Below are positions 9,979 through 24,900 of a stretch of 64,000 nucleotides of DNA, one piece after another. Both the position numbers and the translations under genes were made by a program. The notes under the pieces are model-generated. The model worked only from the letters and a program-made list of their open reading frames with translations. It ran no database searches and was not told the DNA's origin. Every line of letters starts with the position of its first letter. Within the stretch, counting starts at the first letter, position 1. The DNA is from Haliotis cracherodii. Taxonomy: Eukaryota. The stretch is taken from positions 78,368,001-78,432,000 of the forward strand of contig NW_027266264.1 of the NCBI RefSeq assembly GCF_022045235.1. Reading direction: 5' to 3'.

Positions 9979-12900
9979 CTGCAACAGCAACACAATATTA
10001 TATACAAGTCTTCAGTCAATACTTACAAAAGGTCTACACATCACCCAGAGAATAGATGGATGGATGAATTGCTTACAAAATAGCATCTTTTGTTACAAGA
10101 GATATCACACGAATGACTCCGCATCACGTCAGGGTAAGCAAGACACTCACCCTATCCGAGGTCATGATCTGGAAGCGCTGTGTTATATCAGCAGGGTTTG
10201 TTGGAAGACGACTGCGTCCAGATATAAAGCGGAGAAACTGGATCCTCTCTTCATTGGTGAAGGCCTCAAGAACTTCCCAGAACCATCGAATGATAATGTG
10301 ACACTCATCTATTCCTCTATACCTGATACCCAAAATAGAACAGAGTGAGAAAGTGAGTAGCGAGCGAGCAAGCAGGAATGGTTCTATGCCAATTTTACTT
10401 CTAAAAAAGGCTTCACATATTGTAACTATGAGGGGAATTGGACCTGGGTCTTCGGCGTGACAACTGAACACAAACCACTAGACCACCCCACTGCCCCAGA
10501 AACATCTTACAGAACATCAAATGGTTTCTTAGGCTTGGGCTTTCATAATAGCAATCATTTCACCTGAAGATAACATCTTCATCGGCATGAATTAGTTTTC
10601 ATGACATTACACATAACACATTTGAAAACATTTAGAAGAGAACTCTAATTTTGTATGTTATTAATTATGTTTTGCAGTCCAGACCTGACAACTTTGCGCA
10701 GCACATCAATAGACACTTCTGCTGTCCCACAAACAAACTGCTCCAGTGTCTGAGCTGTCAGTAGAGATATCAGTGGGACTGGGATGATCCATGACATGCC
10801 TTCTCTTATTGCTGCAGCCTGTGCAATATTAACAACATGCATACTTGGCATGACATTTCCACAAACAAATCTCACATGTGGAACAACCCTTCATTTAATG
10901 TATTTGATTTTGGATAGGTTCCAAAGTATAGAATTCAACACACCTGCTACTCTGAAGCAGTTTACTCTGTCAGTTTATACAGGTATCATCCGTGAGGTAT
11001 TACTTTACCTTCATTATAATTATTTATTGCAATAAACATACCTACATAAGCTAATAATAACAGTCTGTGCCAAAATATTTTGAGTCAACAATCCTTAACA
11101 TGGCTCTAAACATATATTTTGTACATTCTAGTGTTATCATATGGACACTAGACTGAACAGAATTTTACTAGACACAGGCTTCAGACTAGTGGTTAAAGTC
11201 ACAGACTGTAATAATTCTTTAATTTTTATTTAAACAACATCCTAAAATATATATGCAAGAACGTTTTTCATTCATTTCTGGTTTTAGACAAAATGTTACA
11301 ATTATGACTTCTAAGTTATAGGTAGCATATTTTTCAAGCGTCATACTGCCTGACAACCATTTATCATGATTGTTTAAGACTGCTATCCTATCATTAAGTG
11401 TTAACTAGCACATGATATCCCTGATTATGTTACATAATTTTCTCTCATCTTTACTCTCACTAATTCAAAACCTTGCTATTTTCACTGCTTTCTCTGACCC
11501 AGGGTGCTGACCTGTTTGTCCATCTCGTGGAGTCTGTGCTGCATAACACGCTCCACATACTCCTTGCGGTTGTGGAAGTGGAGGGGGATGTTGAAGCCTC
11601 CAGTCACCACGGCAACCATTCTTTGATCACAACTCTGACCCTCAAAGCAGTCAATAGGGATGAACTATGAACAAACACAAAATAGCTATTAATACATGAA
11701 AAAATGAGTGAGTTTGGCTTAAAACCTCTTTGTACTTATACTATAACTTATGAGTTATAGATGCTGAGACCCCAACTTGCTGTATAGCATAAAAATAGGT
11801 ATTGCCATGAGTGATTAAGCTAATGGACTGGGAGAGAATTATTTTCATCCATTCAGCGAGAGCGTAACACAAAGCTTGTTGTGAAACCTAGATTTTCCTC
11901 GTCGCTGGGTCAAAGAACAGTTTATCGTAACTGTAACATCTTTGATAACATCTTATTTTGAAAGAGGCAGCATCATTGTGTAAAAGAAAGAACACACCAT
12001 CATATATGTGTTTCTTAGGAGCACATTCTCTAGTGTGCTACTGTTACAATCTTACTTATAAAATCACGAATACTGTTTGTATGCTATATCATCAAAGATA
12101 CTTCCTCACTTATACAAGTCATTATTGATCCATTCTTCCATGAATTTGGAATTTGTAGATTCTGACTGGTCTGTCAGAGATATCAAATCACAATAACCAC
12201 CTCTGATTGAAACAAATGATATGATGGCTGCATCACCGTGGAAACTAATATTTATAAAAAAAATACTTCTTTCTCAGGCATCTTCAGTAAGAATATTAAA
12301 ATAATCACATGTACAATTATGTGTTACAAAATGCAGAGTAGCAGTTACTACAATATTGAAAATTTCACAATAAATTGTAAAACATTGTTGGAGTTAAGAC
12401 AGTGCCATAAATTGTTTGAAGGCTATTATGAGTTTTCCATAATTCAGATCGGAAACCCAACTCAAAACCCAAGCAGTGCTGCTTCACTCAAAATCTTAAG
12501 TAACAAAAAAAAATTCGCATTTAGTTTTGTCACCTGTGATCATATATTCCAAACCGCATGCTAAAGTAGTTGCTTACAAACTACAATAAGAGGTATCTAA
12601 TCTACAGTGAGGCTTCATCAAATTTCAAAACACTGCATGTTTATAACCTAATTTCCCCAAATGATATAGCCATCATGTTTTCAGGCGTCAGTATCTAGTT
12701 GATCTTCATATTGTCGTGCTGATCACTCTTTGTCTCACCTCATGGAAGTTGGTTTCATTGACACCATTCTCATGGATATCCTGGATGCCTCGCAGGCTCT
12801 GGATATACAAGTGATCCACCTGTCAAACAAGAGAAACACAGTATTTACTTGCTTCTTTCCTGTTGTTAAACAAAACTCAAAGTCAAACATTTGCTACTGT

Positions 12901-15900
12901 ATTGCTACAGAATGCTATGCTACAGTAATGTACCCTAAACAAATTAATACTACATACAAGAAAACATTACTGGGTATGTAAGGGAATGACATTAAACACC
13001 ACATCGTGGGTACTTCCCTATTTCCCGTAACAACTTCCCTGACACTTCAGTACAAAACCTAAGATCTATTTCCTTGAGATTTGTAAGGAGAGTCCCACAG
13101 CTAGTGACAGTAGCTACCTCCTCCATGTCCTCCACCTTGAGTGGCATGCCAGTAAGTAGCTTCCACACACACGGGGCCAGGTGGAGGTCCAGGGGCTTCT
13201 TGGTCCTCACCGCCACCCCGAACAGGATACCCAGGAACCGGAACAGGACCATGTTCTCCTCTGATGCCAAGGAAGGGTTCAGCAGGAACCTAGACATAGC
13301 ATTCAGCATTGGGTAACTTTGGGCAACTGATAAATTGATGATGAACACATAAAATGTGGGTGAGCAGACCAAGAAAGTGTCGTTTAAAAACTTAAAATAA
13401 ATAGCTAGAACCACCACTAATTGGCTCAGCCCAGTTTCCCTTCACGTTGGTTACCTGTCTCTGTTGTTTCCAGACTCATTCCTGGCATTTGGTGTTGGGA
13501 TCAGTAGTGGAACAACTCCAGACTCCAACTCCTATTGGAGAAAGATCAAACTGGGATCAACTTACAATTCAAATGACCTATAACAAACTGACATGCTGCA
13601 ATATATAAGAAGTCTCTATTTTAATCAAGCTGTCAACAAATCTTTTTATTGTATGAGTAACCTTGACTCATAACATGTATGTATTTAGGCTAATAATTCA
13701 TAATAACAGGGACAAAAAGAACTGTTTTCTGATGAATAGACAAATCAGAAAATCAAGGCTTGTACCATCACGTATATCAGTAATTCTGATTATCAATGGC
13801 AGTCAGTCAAAATCTATTCAAGTGAAGATCCAATCCATGAACCTTATAGTTGCATATGATATAATCAAACACTGACTGTTAATGGCAGTCAGTCATGTCA
13901 TGAAACATATTCCAAGGACTGTATCTAAATGTTAACATCCCTGACTTCTTCATCATGTGATATTTGTATGGACTACTGCAGATCATTGATCAAGGCAACA
14001 ACACAACAGATGTCCTCACCATGCACATTTCTGTGATTGTATCATCGAAGACGCCGCCAGCATCATCTGCACCTTCTCCTATCAGCTTCACCTTCCAGGC
14101 ATGAGCTGGCAGTCGCAGCTCCTCGGGGCGCAGCTTCACCACCTGCTGCGCAATCTGCACATACACGGGACGGCACTTCTTCCCCCTGATGGCAGAATGG
14201 TGTTTAGAATCACAGTAAGCAAACAAATAACACATGTTGCCATCATATCACTGTATCATTAGAGAGAGTGAGTTTTATGTGCTTTGAACAGTATTCCAAT
14301 TACATCACATCGTGTCAGTTTTCTGTGGGAGGAAAGCCCCAAGTGATGCAGGTCTCAGACGTTTACCACTTCCATGACACTCCTGAGCATGGGTACTGTG
14401 CTGACAAACCTAGGAACATAATCATGGGAAACCCATGACCATAGGTGTCTGATTTGCCAAAGGGACACAACTCTGCACAGCACTACCCATGCCCCCTGGT
14501 TTCATTAAAAACTGTCAAGAGTGTATTTAGAAATACCTTGTTGAGAGTCTCTTCACTGTTATCTGAGGCCTGCATGTGTTGCCGAGGGACATCGTCTTGC
14601 CAATAGATCTCACCATGGGCAGGGTGTACACACGAGGCGACAGGATTGGACGAAGTCGGCCATCCATGATGCCAGAAATACCAGCATCAAAACTGTTTAA
14701 TTCCTTTGAGAAATATAGAAATATATATACATATTTCAAAGAAAAAAAAAGAAAGATATGAAAGTCATATTCAGATATGTACCAAAAGGTAAATCATAAA
14801 GGAACATCTAAACTAGTTGAATCAACAAAACAACACAATAATCTGTTATGAAGAATATCAAATATAAGAGCACCAGATAGGAACAGCAGTGCTGTCATGT
14901 TTTTACCTGTCTGGGGCAGAGATTATGGAGTTTCCAGGAAGAGTAGACAAGATCTGAGAATCTGTGTAGCACCAGAAGACGAGACTTGATGGCTTCGATA
15001 GACATCTCTCTCAGGGATCCATACTGAGGGGGGACAGACTCTGGTGTGCCGAGCTGGAGGGGGGCGGGGGCACCAGGGATACGCTTGGGAGGGGGTGGTG
15101 CAGTCCATGCCGCACTGTGAGTCCGACCTGCTGAAATCTACAGAAATGTATAAGGTCAAATGCTTTCTCAAATCTTCTGATAAATAAATAAATAAATACA
15201 TAAGCAATGCTAAATGTTTAAGAATGTTCCCTGTTTTCCAAATTAATCCTTCATATGCTTATGGAAATGGATAACTCACTTGTCTGATGTTCTTGGTTGC
15301 TAGTCCCGATATTTGCTGTGGTTCTCTGATAGAGTTGGTGTGTCCCAGACCAAGCTGTCCATCGGAGTTATTCCCCCATACCCACACTTCACCTTTAGAG
15401 GTCAGGGCAATGGTGTGGTCAGAGCCAGTCTGAATATCCGTGACAAAGTGACCACACAAGGCGCTCACACACATAGGTATTGTGTGGTTTCTACACCTTG
15501 CATCACTCTGTCCTATCAATCGATCTGTTGGCAAATGATCAATCTGTTACATACAGACAGTTACAGGGATTTACTGGATGCGAAATCCTGCATCCTATTT
15601 GCATAAACATTTGAAGAGTGCATCCACTGGGATGAGGAAATTTATTTCAATGTCCTGGACTGCATTTTCATAATTTGATACCACTGAAAAAATCTTTCTC
15701 TGTGTAAACAGTTAAAAAATACAATACACAGTCAAAAAATTCATGACCTCAATGCCAGCAGTGCTAGTCCACTGAGATACCATGCCACAGTTTAACATGA
15801 ATACCCCACTCGGACACAGTATACTGTTGAACCCCGGACCTTCCGCTCTCCGGCCGGACGCTCTACCACTAAACCATGGAGGCTGTTTGTAGTTTGAGAC

Positions 15901-18900
15901 TCCAATCTTATAGTCACTGTGCAGGGACTAGATATGGATTCCTTATAGCTGACACCACTGGCTCTAATAAACATTAGTCATTAGATGACATACCCTCTCA
16001 GTTTGAATATTGGAATAAATGGCTTATTGATTGTTTTTCATTTGTTTCTGTGAAAATGACCAGGTCTAACTTGAAAATGTCCCATGAACACCAGTGCATC
16101 CCCTTTCTACTGACCATGAGGTTGATGTGTGCAGTGTTGGGACAGAATAATGCCTTGTTGTTATACGGGATCCACCCATTAAACAAATTTGATTAATAAC
16201 ACACATATTTCACCCAAGGAGGTAATTTTTCATCATTAAAGAGCAAGCAGGTTAAGTAGGATTAATCCAGACATTCTATAATCCAATAAACATTCCATAA
16301 TACATAACAGATGAATATTGCACCTTGGCCCCAGGTGAAGACTGATCCATTCTTGGTGAGAGCCATGGAGAACTGTGCTCCACAAGCCACTTTCTTCACG
16401 TTGACACTGTCCAGTGCTTCTATCTTGGTGGGGAGAGACTTGGACAGTGTGTTGCCTAGACCCAGTTTGCCATAATCTCCATCACCGAAGGACCACACTG
16501 ACATTCCGTCCACAGACACACACAGAGTGTGATTCAGCCCACAAGCAACCTGCACCAGAATAAACAGAAATGTTGGACAGCATTAGCATACTACAGCAAA
16601 AGACTATGTGGGTGGGTAAGTTGGGCCGAACACTGCTTTTTCAAAGTATTTTAGTTACTTCATGGCTTCAAACTTGGAAGCCTCATAGCCTCTGTTACTA
16701 CCATTATCGATCGATATTTTCATGTAAGTAGACTACATACACATTGAATGTGACAGTTAAGGCTTGTAAATAATAACAAACGGCGAAAACATAATGGATA
16801 TATATTTTTACACTATGAACGGTAAACAACTTGTATCATTGCAATGTGCGAGACAAGGCGAAGATCGTGAGATTGGCCGAGCGCGCTCCCCGCCTGCGCC
16901 TCGGTTAAACGGCTCATCGTCTAAAACGCCCACCAATTATTTTGACCCCATTGGTAGCGTTGTAGCGAGGGACCACTGTAGCTAGATTAGAATTTCCACC
17001 CTTGGTGCTTAATAAACCTGTAAACTGACTCTTTTTCACTCGCTGCAACAGACTTGACTCAATGCAGTAGCATTGATTACATTTTCTTGCTTCAAAATGC
17101 CAACTCACGAAGCCAATGTGGTGTCCCTCTAAAGCTATGACCCTCTCTGGGAGTTTCTTGTTTGACGTAGATCCATGTCCGAGTCTCCCGTAATCACCAT
17201 TACCAAATGTGAACAGCTTGCCATCTGCAGTTACTACTGCACTGTGCTTAAACCCACAGGCTATCTGAAAAAGTGAAACATTTACTGCTCATTACTTTCT
17301 GTTAAATATCACAATCATCTTGTCAACATTTAGCACATCGAATACTTTCACATTCAAGGTGTATACAATTTGTACTTACCGTATATCGCTGTGTATAAGG
17401 CGAGTTTTTCGTACCTAAAATGAGGGGGCTAAGAAGGGGGGTCGTCTTATACACGGAGTCGAAGATCTCACATTTTTTTCCACTGACGATGTCAACCGGC
17501 GTCCGATAGCCAGCCCAGCATTTGACAATAAAACTTCGCATTTCGTCCTAAATAACTGTTCCAATAACTATTTCCATACATAAACATGAATTGTATCTCT
17601 TTTCCTTGAATAAAGTTTAATAATTTCTGCAAATAAAGTTGAAATGACCCTCGCCTCGATGCAGATTGTCAAACCACCTGACACGGTAAAACAATCAACA
17701 TCCGTGAGTAGAGAGCCGGAAGTACCGGTAAGCATTTGCATATTGCACATGTGACCTAACATGTGATATTTACTGAATGTTGTCAAGGTCCCAAAATGTC
17801 ATGTTTTTGTCAGGTACATTTCCCTTTGATCATCAAGCACACCAAGTTTTTGGTTTGTTTGTTGTTTAACCCCACACTCAGCAATATTCCAGCTATATGA
17901 TGGCGGTCTGTAAATAATCGAGCCTGGACCATACATTTCAGTGATTTACATCATTAGCATCGATCTACGCAAATGTGAAACGATGACATGCATCAACCAA
18001 GTCAGTGAGCCTGACCACCCGATTCTGTTAGTCGCCTCTTACGTAAGGCACAGTAACCTCTTACGGCAAGCATGGGTTGATGAAGACTTATTCTCTACCC
18101 GGATCTTCATGGGTCAAACACCCCAAGATTTAACAGTAACAGTAAACCTATTTCAAAAGCATGTCAATGTGTATATCTTTGCAAAAAGAACTGAAATGTA
18201 CATCATGACAATCATTCAGAAACAAACTAAAAACAGTAAGCTTCTTTATTCGCTTACAAGTCTTAAAGAACACTTTGTTGATTACAAATTGCAAAACCAT
18301 TGTTATGAAGATTACTAAAAATTTGGAAAATAATGTGTCATGAATTGATGCAAGTAGCCTTTGGAGTTTAAAGACAAACAATAACACCAAGACTGTAGAC
18401 GGAAATATCCATGATATAGTAGTTCGATTGAATAATATTATCACAAACTTAACTTCAACTGCTTGACAGATGATCTAACTTAAAAGGCAGGAAAAATAAG
18501 ACATTTTAAAAGACATAGGTCTGGTCACCAATGAAGTTTGTAACTTGAATAAGAGCAATCCTTGAACGACGTATAAGAACATTGTGATATGAATGACTTT
18601 TCATCGTTAACTCCAGCTTGTTAACGGTGTTAGAATCTACATTGAAACGTCGCTATTCGCAACAAACCAGAAGTTGCTACCCATAAAATTGTACGTATTT
18701 CTTATGGGCGAGATTTGTTTTGCTTGTAATTGAAAGATTATTTGACAGGCCTACCAAAGACTCTGTCATAGATGGAAGTCAACTGTCTTAACTAATTGAT
18801 GAACTTGTGTAGACAAACTGGACACTTGACAGTGTGAAGCACTACGTCTAGCTCTCAGTCAGATTGCTCATTGTGAGATTTGTTACATGTCATTAATTCT

Positions 18901-21900
18901 GCCCATGCACAGCGAACCTGACATGACAAGTAACTACAATTTATCAAGACAAAAAAGTGTCACTTTAGGCTAAAAAAAACCAAACATCCTCAAATATTCC
19001 AAGTCCAATGTTAGTTAAATACTGTATTCCATGATCTACAGTATTCAAGTTTCTTCTTCAAAGTGTTTGTGTTTTACCTGCACCACCTCCTCAGCCTGAA
19101 GAGCCTCTATCTGTCGTGGCCTCTTCTGTCGGTCACTGTTACCATGGCCCAGTTTACCATAGTCACCATCACCCCAACTGAACACTTCCCCACTCTCTGT
19201 CAGAGCCAGGCTGTGACCATCAGACCCAACTGATGAGGCCAGAAGCATCGTCACAAACCCTGCAACGAGAAACAGTCTGATATAAGACTGAAATATACCA
19301 CACCAATACCTATTTACATAATTCACAAAACTTGGGTGATGTCAGCTGTATTTCAATGTAGATTTCAACAGCCTATCATGTCCATCATAAGAAATAAACA
19401 AGCAAACAAACACAAATATGTTTTCAAAACAGTGTCTATCAGCCAAACAAGTTTTCTCCTGTTCTTTACAAACTCGAAAACATTTTCAAAACAGTGTCTT
19501 TTAGCCCAACAATTTTTCTCCTGTTCTTTTCTTTAGATATTACTCATTACATACACACTGCCATCGGCCAAGTTTACTTGACCAAAAAATATTGTTGGAC
19601 TCAGTCTTCAGAAAAGATAAAGAGGCTAAAGTCAGCACTAATGACAAACTGAAATACCATGTTCCCAGTGGTTCTAACAGCAATTCGGACTGTCCAATAC
19701 TTAGTAATATATAGTTATTGGGATCAACTCAAGTTAAGCATGAGAAACATGGGATGTGGGTACCAGTACTTCCTGCAAGAATGGGAAAACAATGTTCAAA
19801 ACCATTTATATTCAAGAGAGGAGTACCCCAAACAGGTACTGAGACCAGTGATGTAGTTGTACCTTGCAATGCTGAGATGATGGTGAGTGTGTGGGTGTCA
19901 TCCGAGTTGCCCTGTCCCAGGCGGCCGTAGCTTCCCTCCCCACATGCTAGCACTGTCCCATTGGCCTGGATGGCAAAGGTGCAGTTCTGACCACAAACAA
20001 TCTGCAAATAACAAATTCATGTTAATTTGTGAATATTATCTCACTTGTTAAGAGATAAAGTTTCTTTAAGGAGTAAAGAACAAAACAACTCTGACTATTG
20101 TAAACATTCAATTTTCATTCAAGATTCACTTTCATCAGAGAAGAGATTCAGAGTGAGGCTGAACTCCACCGGTCACTAACTGAAAAAGCAGTTTAGAATA
20201 ACATGTTATCAATGTCCACATGCTGATATATGCCTATTGATGTGTAGTGAAAAGCCTGAGCAGTATAAAGTTTGGATAAATATCAGACACAAATGAATAC
20301 TACCTTAAAGTGCAAAGAGCAGGTAAGCTTCGAAACTGTGTATTTGTAATACTTACTTGCTGAGCACATGAGAATGATGGCACTTTTGCTGGGGAGAGAC
20401 AAGACCTCCCTGCCTCACACATCTGTCCATGTCGTCCACTTCCCCAGGTGAACACCTCACACCGCCCACCCACTTGCCAGTCTTCAGGACGGTGGGTCAC
20501 CCAGGACATAATTTGACTATCCTTGTTCAGGTCCCATTGTGTGTTGTCCTGCATGCCCAACAGATCATACAGAGTTAATCACAATAACATTTGATGAGCC
20601 TCAAGAGCGCTTTACAAATTTTGTTTTTCTTTGTAACTAAGATGTTATTGCTGAAGCTGTGATAAACTTGTCATAACCTGGAAAGTACTAACCCCACACT
20701 GAAAACATGGTAATTACCCTGGTGAAACATTCTTGCACCCAGAGGATCTCAAGTGACCAGAACATTACAGAGGCTACACCATGATAGACAATGTGTAGAT
20801 GAAATGTGGCTTCACTATTAAAACAGTACTCACATAACCAAGACAATATGAGTCTTCAGTGTCTCTTTTAAGTATTTTGAAGGTTTCCGGGATTGGCTTC
20901 CTGCTAGCAAGGGCAGCTGATGTTTTGAGGGTGGTGGAATACGTGAGAAGCCATTGCCATTCTGACACAAGGTTGTTGTGGGCTGTGGAACACAAGTTAG
21001 GAACACTGGTAACAGGAAACAATAGACACAACTTGTGGACAAGGCAAATAGACAGGAATATTGTTAACCTAATAATTAGGCTTTAATATCCAATATAAGA
21101 ACAATTAAAGACACATCTGCATCAATTATACATTCAATCAATGCATTATTGAGTGAATGGTCGTTTTAAGCTGTTTTCAGCAATGTCCCAGTAATGTCAT
21201 GGTAGGGGACCCAAGAACTGGCTTCACATATAGTACCAATGTGAGGAATTGAATCTTAGTCTTCAGCATGACCAGTGAATGGTGTAACCGCTAGCTTACA
21301 AATTCTTTACTGAAAACAAGACAGGTTTAAACAGCCGTCAGCATCTCCTCTAGCACACTGCTCAAACCCAAAGACAATACTGCCTCTTCTTAGGAGACCA
21401 AAAGCCATTATCGAGAGCTTCTCAGATTCAAACTAACAACAAGCATATTCTCAAAGCAAAGGACACAACGTGAGGCACATATGACCATGACCAAAAATGG
21501 ATCGGCAAAGGAAATAACCCATCTTGTCAGTGATTTTGGGATGAGGAATTTTAAATTGTACAGTGCATCTTGGCCTCAAAGGGTGGTATGGACGATGAAT
21601 GTACATGAAGTTTGCAAAAATGTCGAGTTGTCTTGGGACCCAGATCATTCAGCTATTTTCTCCCAAGTTATTCCTACCTGTTTCCTGTGTGTAGTGATGT
21701 AGTGGCTGTGGGGAGAAGCACAGAGCCTTGTCGAGGGACAGCCCGACAGAGAGGGAGGCAAGACACTGGAGGTACAGGCTATGGATGAGCTGGTCGCCGG
21801 ACAGGATCACAGGCTGAAACACATACGTCATACCGACTTCTAGGCAATATAGTTCAGTACTGCAGCAGTAACATGACTGACACAACAAGAACAGATGCAC

Positions 21901-24900
21901 ACACTGTACACACATCCAGGAATTGAACCCCATTTTCTCGTGTGACAAACTGGGATTAACTACTGGCCTATATCACAAATCTAAAGAACATAAACAGCTC
22001 ATGAAGTGAAATCATACAAAAATTGCAACATCTTTTTCAAATTAGTTTTTGAGTTCAATGCATACTACCTTTTCATGGAGGTACTGTTCCTGAAGCATGC
22101 TTGGTAGTCTTTGGAGCATTCCACGGAAACATGGTGCCTGGTGCAACCCTGTGATGCCTCGCAGTTTGAGAGCGCGACGAGCCACACCGACGACACGATT
22201 CTTCGTGAACAACTCTGGGGTATAGTGGATGTTACTTATATCCTGATAAAGAGATGCAATAAACCGATTAATCCCGCTGCTGATACACACATGACAACAT
22301 CCTAGTGGTACATCACAGTGTGATATTGACTGCTACCTGATAATCATTACCGTAACTGTTGACTACTACGAATCTCATAGAGTGTCTATGAATGTGTCTG
22401 ACCTTGGACCTGCTGAAGCACACCGCAAGACTGCGATCAGCAACCCATGAGATACTCTTCACCATACCACTTCCTGTCTGAGTCTGCAGCAAGCAGCCAT
22501 CCTACAATACAAACGTCCAATATCAAAGTGGATAATTTCTTAAACAAATTAGGAAACTAGGGATGGGACGAGTCCAAATTCATTTGCCAGGTACCCAAAC
22601 CCTAGTATTACCTGACCCTTACCGGGTACTCGCTGTAGGTATCGATTTGGGTACAAAATGTCTGATTGAGAATTGTTTTACCAGAGCCCTTGCAAAAACT
22701 ACTTAGATACATGCATAAAATGTTCTGATCAGGTATACAATGAAGTTGACAGAAGCTTTATCTTTACTCAAACATATAAAAGTGAGAAGGAATGAGTGCA
22801 TACTCATAAAGAAATGTGAACATATAGCTTGTAGTGTAACCATGGAGTTTGATTGTGTTTGTCATATAAACAATATATCATGTAACTAACCACGGGTCTG
22901 GGTAGTCCTGTGGGTACCCGGGTACTACTCAGGACCCACCCGGAGTCAAACAAATCAAACAATCACACAGATCCATGTGACAAAAAGGGAACATAGTTAG
23001 TTAAATATAGTATCAGGGAACCTGACTTTTTGTGTTTTTTGTTTGAACTTGCCCCCAAAATAACACATTGGCAAACTATCAAAACCTCTAATGACTTTAC
23101 ACATACATTTGGCATGGTAGATTGGTTCAGGCAAGTGGTCTATTGACTAATATTCATTTGTAGTATATGAAACATTACTACCGTGAAAGCAAACTACCTG
23201 AAGAGACCAAATGTTCACCCATCCCTTGCCACAACCACTGGCTATCATGAGACCATTGGAGCTGAAAGTGATGGCGGTGACCCCAGTGAGGTGCCCCATC
23301 AGCACCTGGCAGGGCTTCAAGGGGGCATGAGGCTGTGTGTCCTGGCTCTCCTCTCTGCTGTCGCTTGAACTGGAGGAAAACTGAAACACAGGAATATCAG
23401 AAATTCACATTATTTCGTGAACAAAAAATGGGAAGCTAATTGCTACTCTTTTGGGCCCAGCACCAATGGTCCAAGCTTTGGTTGCCATCATTCTGGTTGT
23501 GAGGTAACAGGTTGTGTTGGTTTGGCTATTATAACTGGGTTGTGAAAAATCAACAGTATCATAATATAGTAACACAAATGTACCACAACACAAACACACA
23601 AACTCTTGATGCTTGTCTCTTCTACTTATCGGTAACAAGAAGGACAGATTGAAACAAAAGAAACTGATGTCAGCTGAATATTGTATGAATGTGTACACCA
23701 AAAACATGTCCTATCATTAAAATTAGTGGCCCGTGAAGATCCAGGGTAGAATAGGTCTTCAGCAACCCAAGCTTGCTGTAAAAGGCAACTAATGGGATCG
23801 GGTGGTCATGCTCGCTGACTTGGTTGATGCATGTCATCGTATCCCAATTGCGTGGATCGATGCTCATGTTGTCAATCGCTGGATTGTCTGGTCCAGACTT
23901 GATTACTTACAGACCGCCATCATATAGCTGGAATATTGTTGAGTGCGGCTTTAAACAACAAACAAACATTAAAATAAGTTTATTGTTCCAAAGTAGTTTT
24001 ATGACATTAGCTACTGCGCCAGGTCTTCAGGTATAGGTAACACACGAAGTTCATATGAAACGAACCCAAGTAAAGATACAACATCAAAGCATCCAATACC
24101 TCATGTCTGTCTGTTGTGTGATGTTTTACAGCGAAGGGCGAGATGTGGACCTCCACGTTGGACGGCTGGGGGATTTCCCACAGATAGACACCTCCATCCT
24201 CACACCCACTAGCATAACAACACAACAGAATAAATCAATGGCGGTCTCAACATGAAATTTACCAGTCAGGTTTCACAATGTACATTGTGAAAGTGATATA
24301 TGTTACAATATGTAACTTGTGTGCATGTAAAAATATTAGTATGAGATTTATTATTCTGTTTTTGCTACAAATTTATATGTATAACAAAGAAGTTGATATC
24401 CATAATAATACTCCTTGTCATGTTAACACCCAACTTCTAAATGCCTTTGTAATTGGCACCCAATGACAGCAGAACAATATAGATTTATGGCAAAGGTTAG
24501 ATGTTTACTGCAGCAGTTTTATAACTACTCATCCAACATTACATTTATCCCAACAAAAAAATAGAAGAAACAAGCATGAAATACTCACATCCCCCGCCAA
24601 TATGACATGTTGGGTGCGAGCAATGCATTAGCTCCTGAGAACTATGTTCACTGGGCCTTTTTGTAAAGAAAAATACTATGTTTTTCAAGATCTGCTCCGG
24701 AAACGAGGACTACTGCCATTTTCAGTCTAAATCAAAGTCGTTGCCATGGAAACTCGAAAAATAAGTTTTAAAAAAAATCCCAAAATATCAAAAGGCACCA
24801 GTTCACCACTAGACCTATCTATGTGCCAAGTATGGTGAAGAAATATGGTACAGATTTCAAGATCTGCTCTGGGAACGAGGACTACTGCCATTTTCAGTCT

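Noticed and set aside
20983-21005. Upstream acceptor for exon 56 at 21005
   Set aside because: It is phase 2, incompatible with the phase-1 end of exon 55.
23728-23810. Family C head as a canonical HDV-like, twister or hammerhead ribozyme
   Set aside because: I could not fit P1, P1.1 and P3 of the HDV fold or the twister or hammerhead cores by eye; kept only as an unknown structure.
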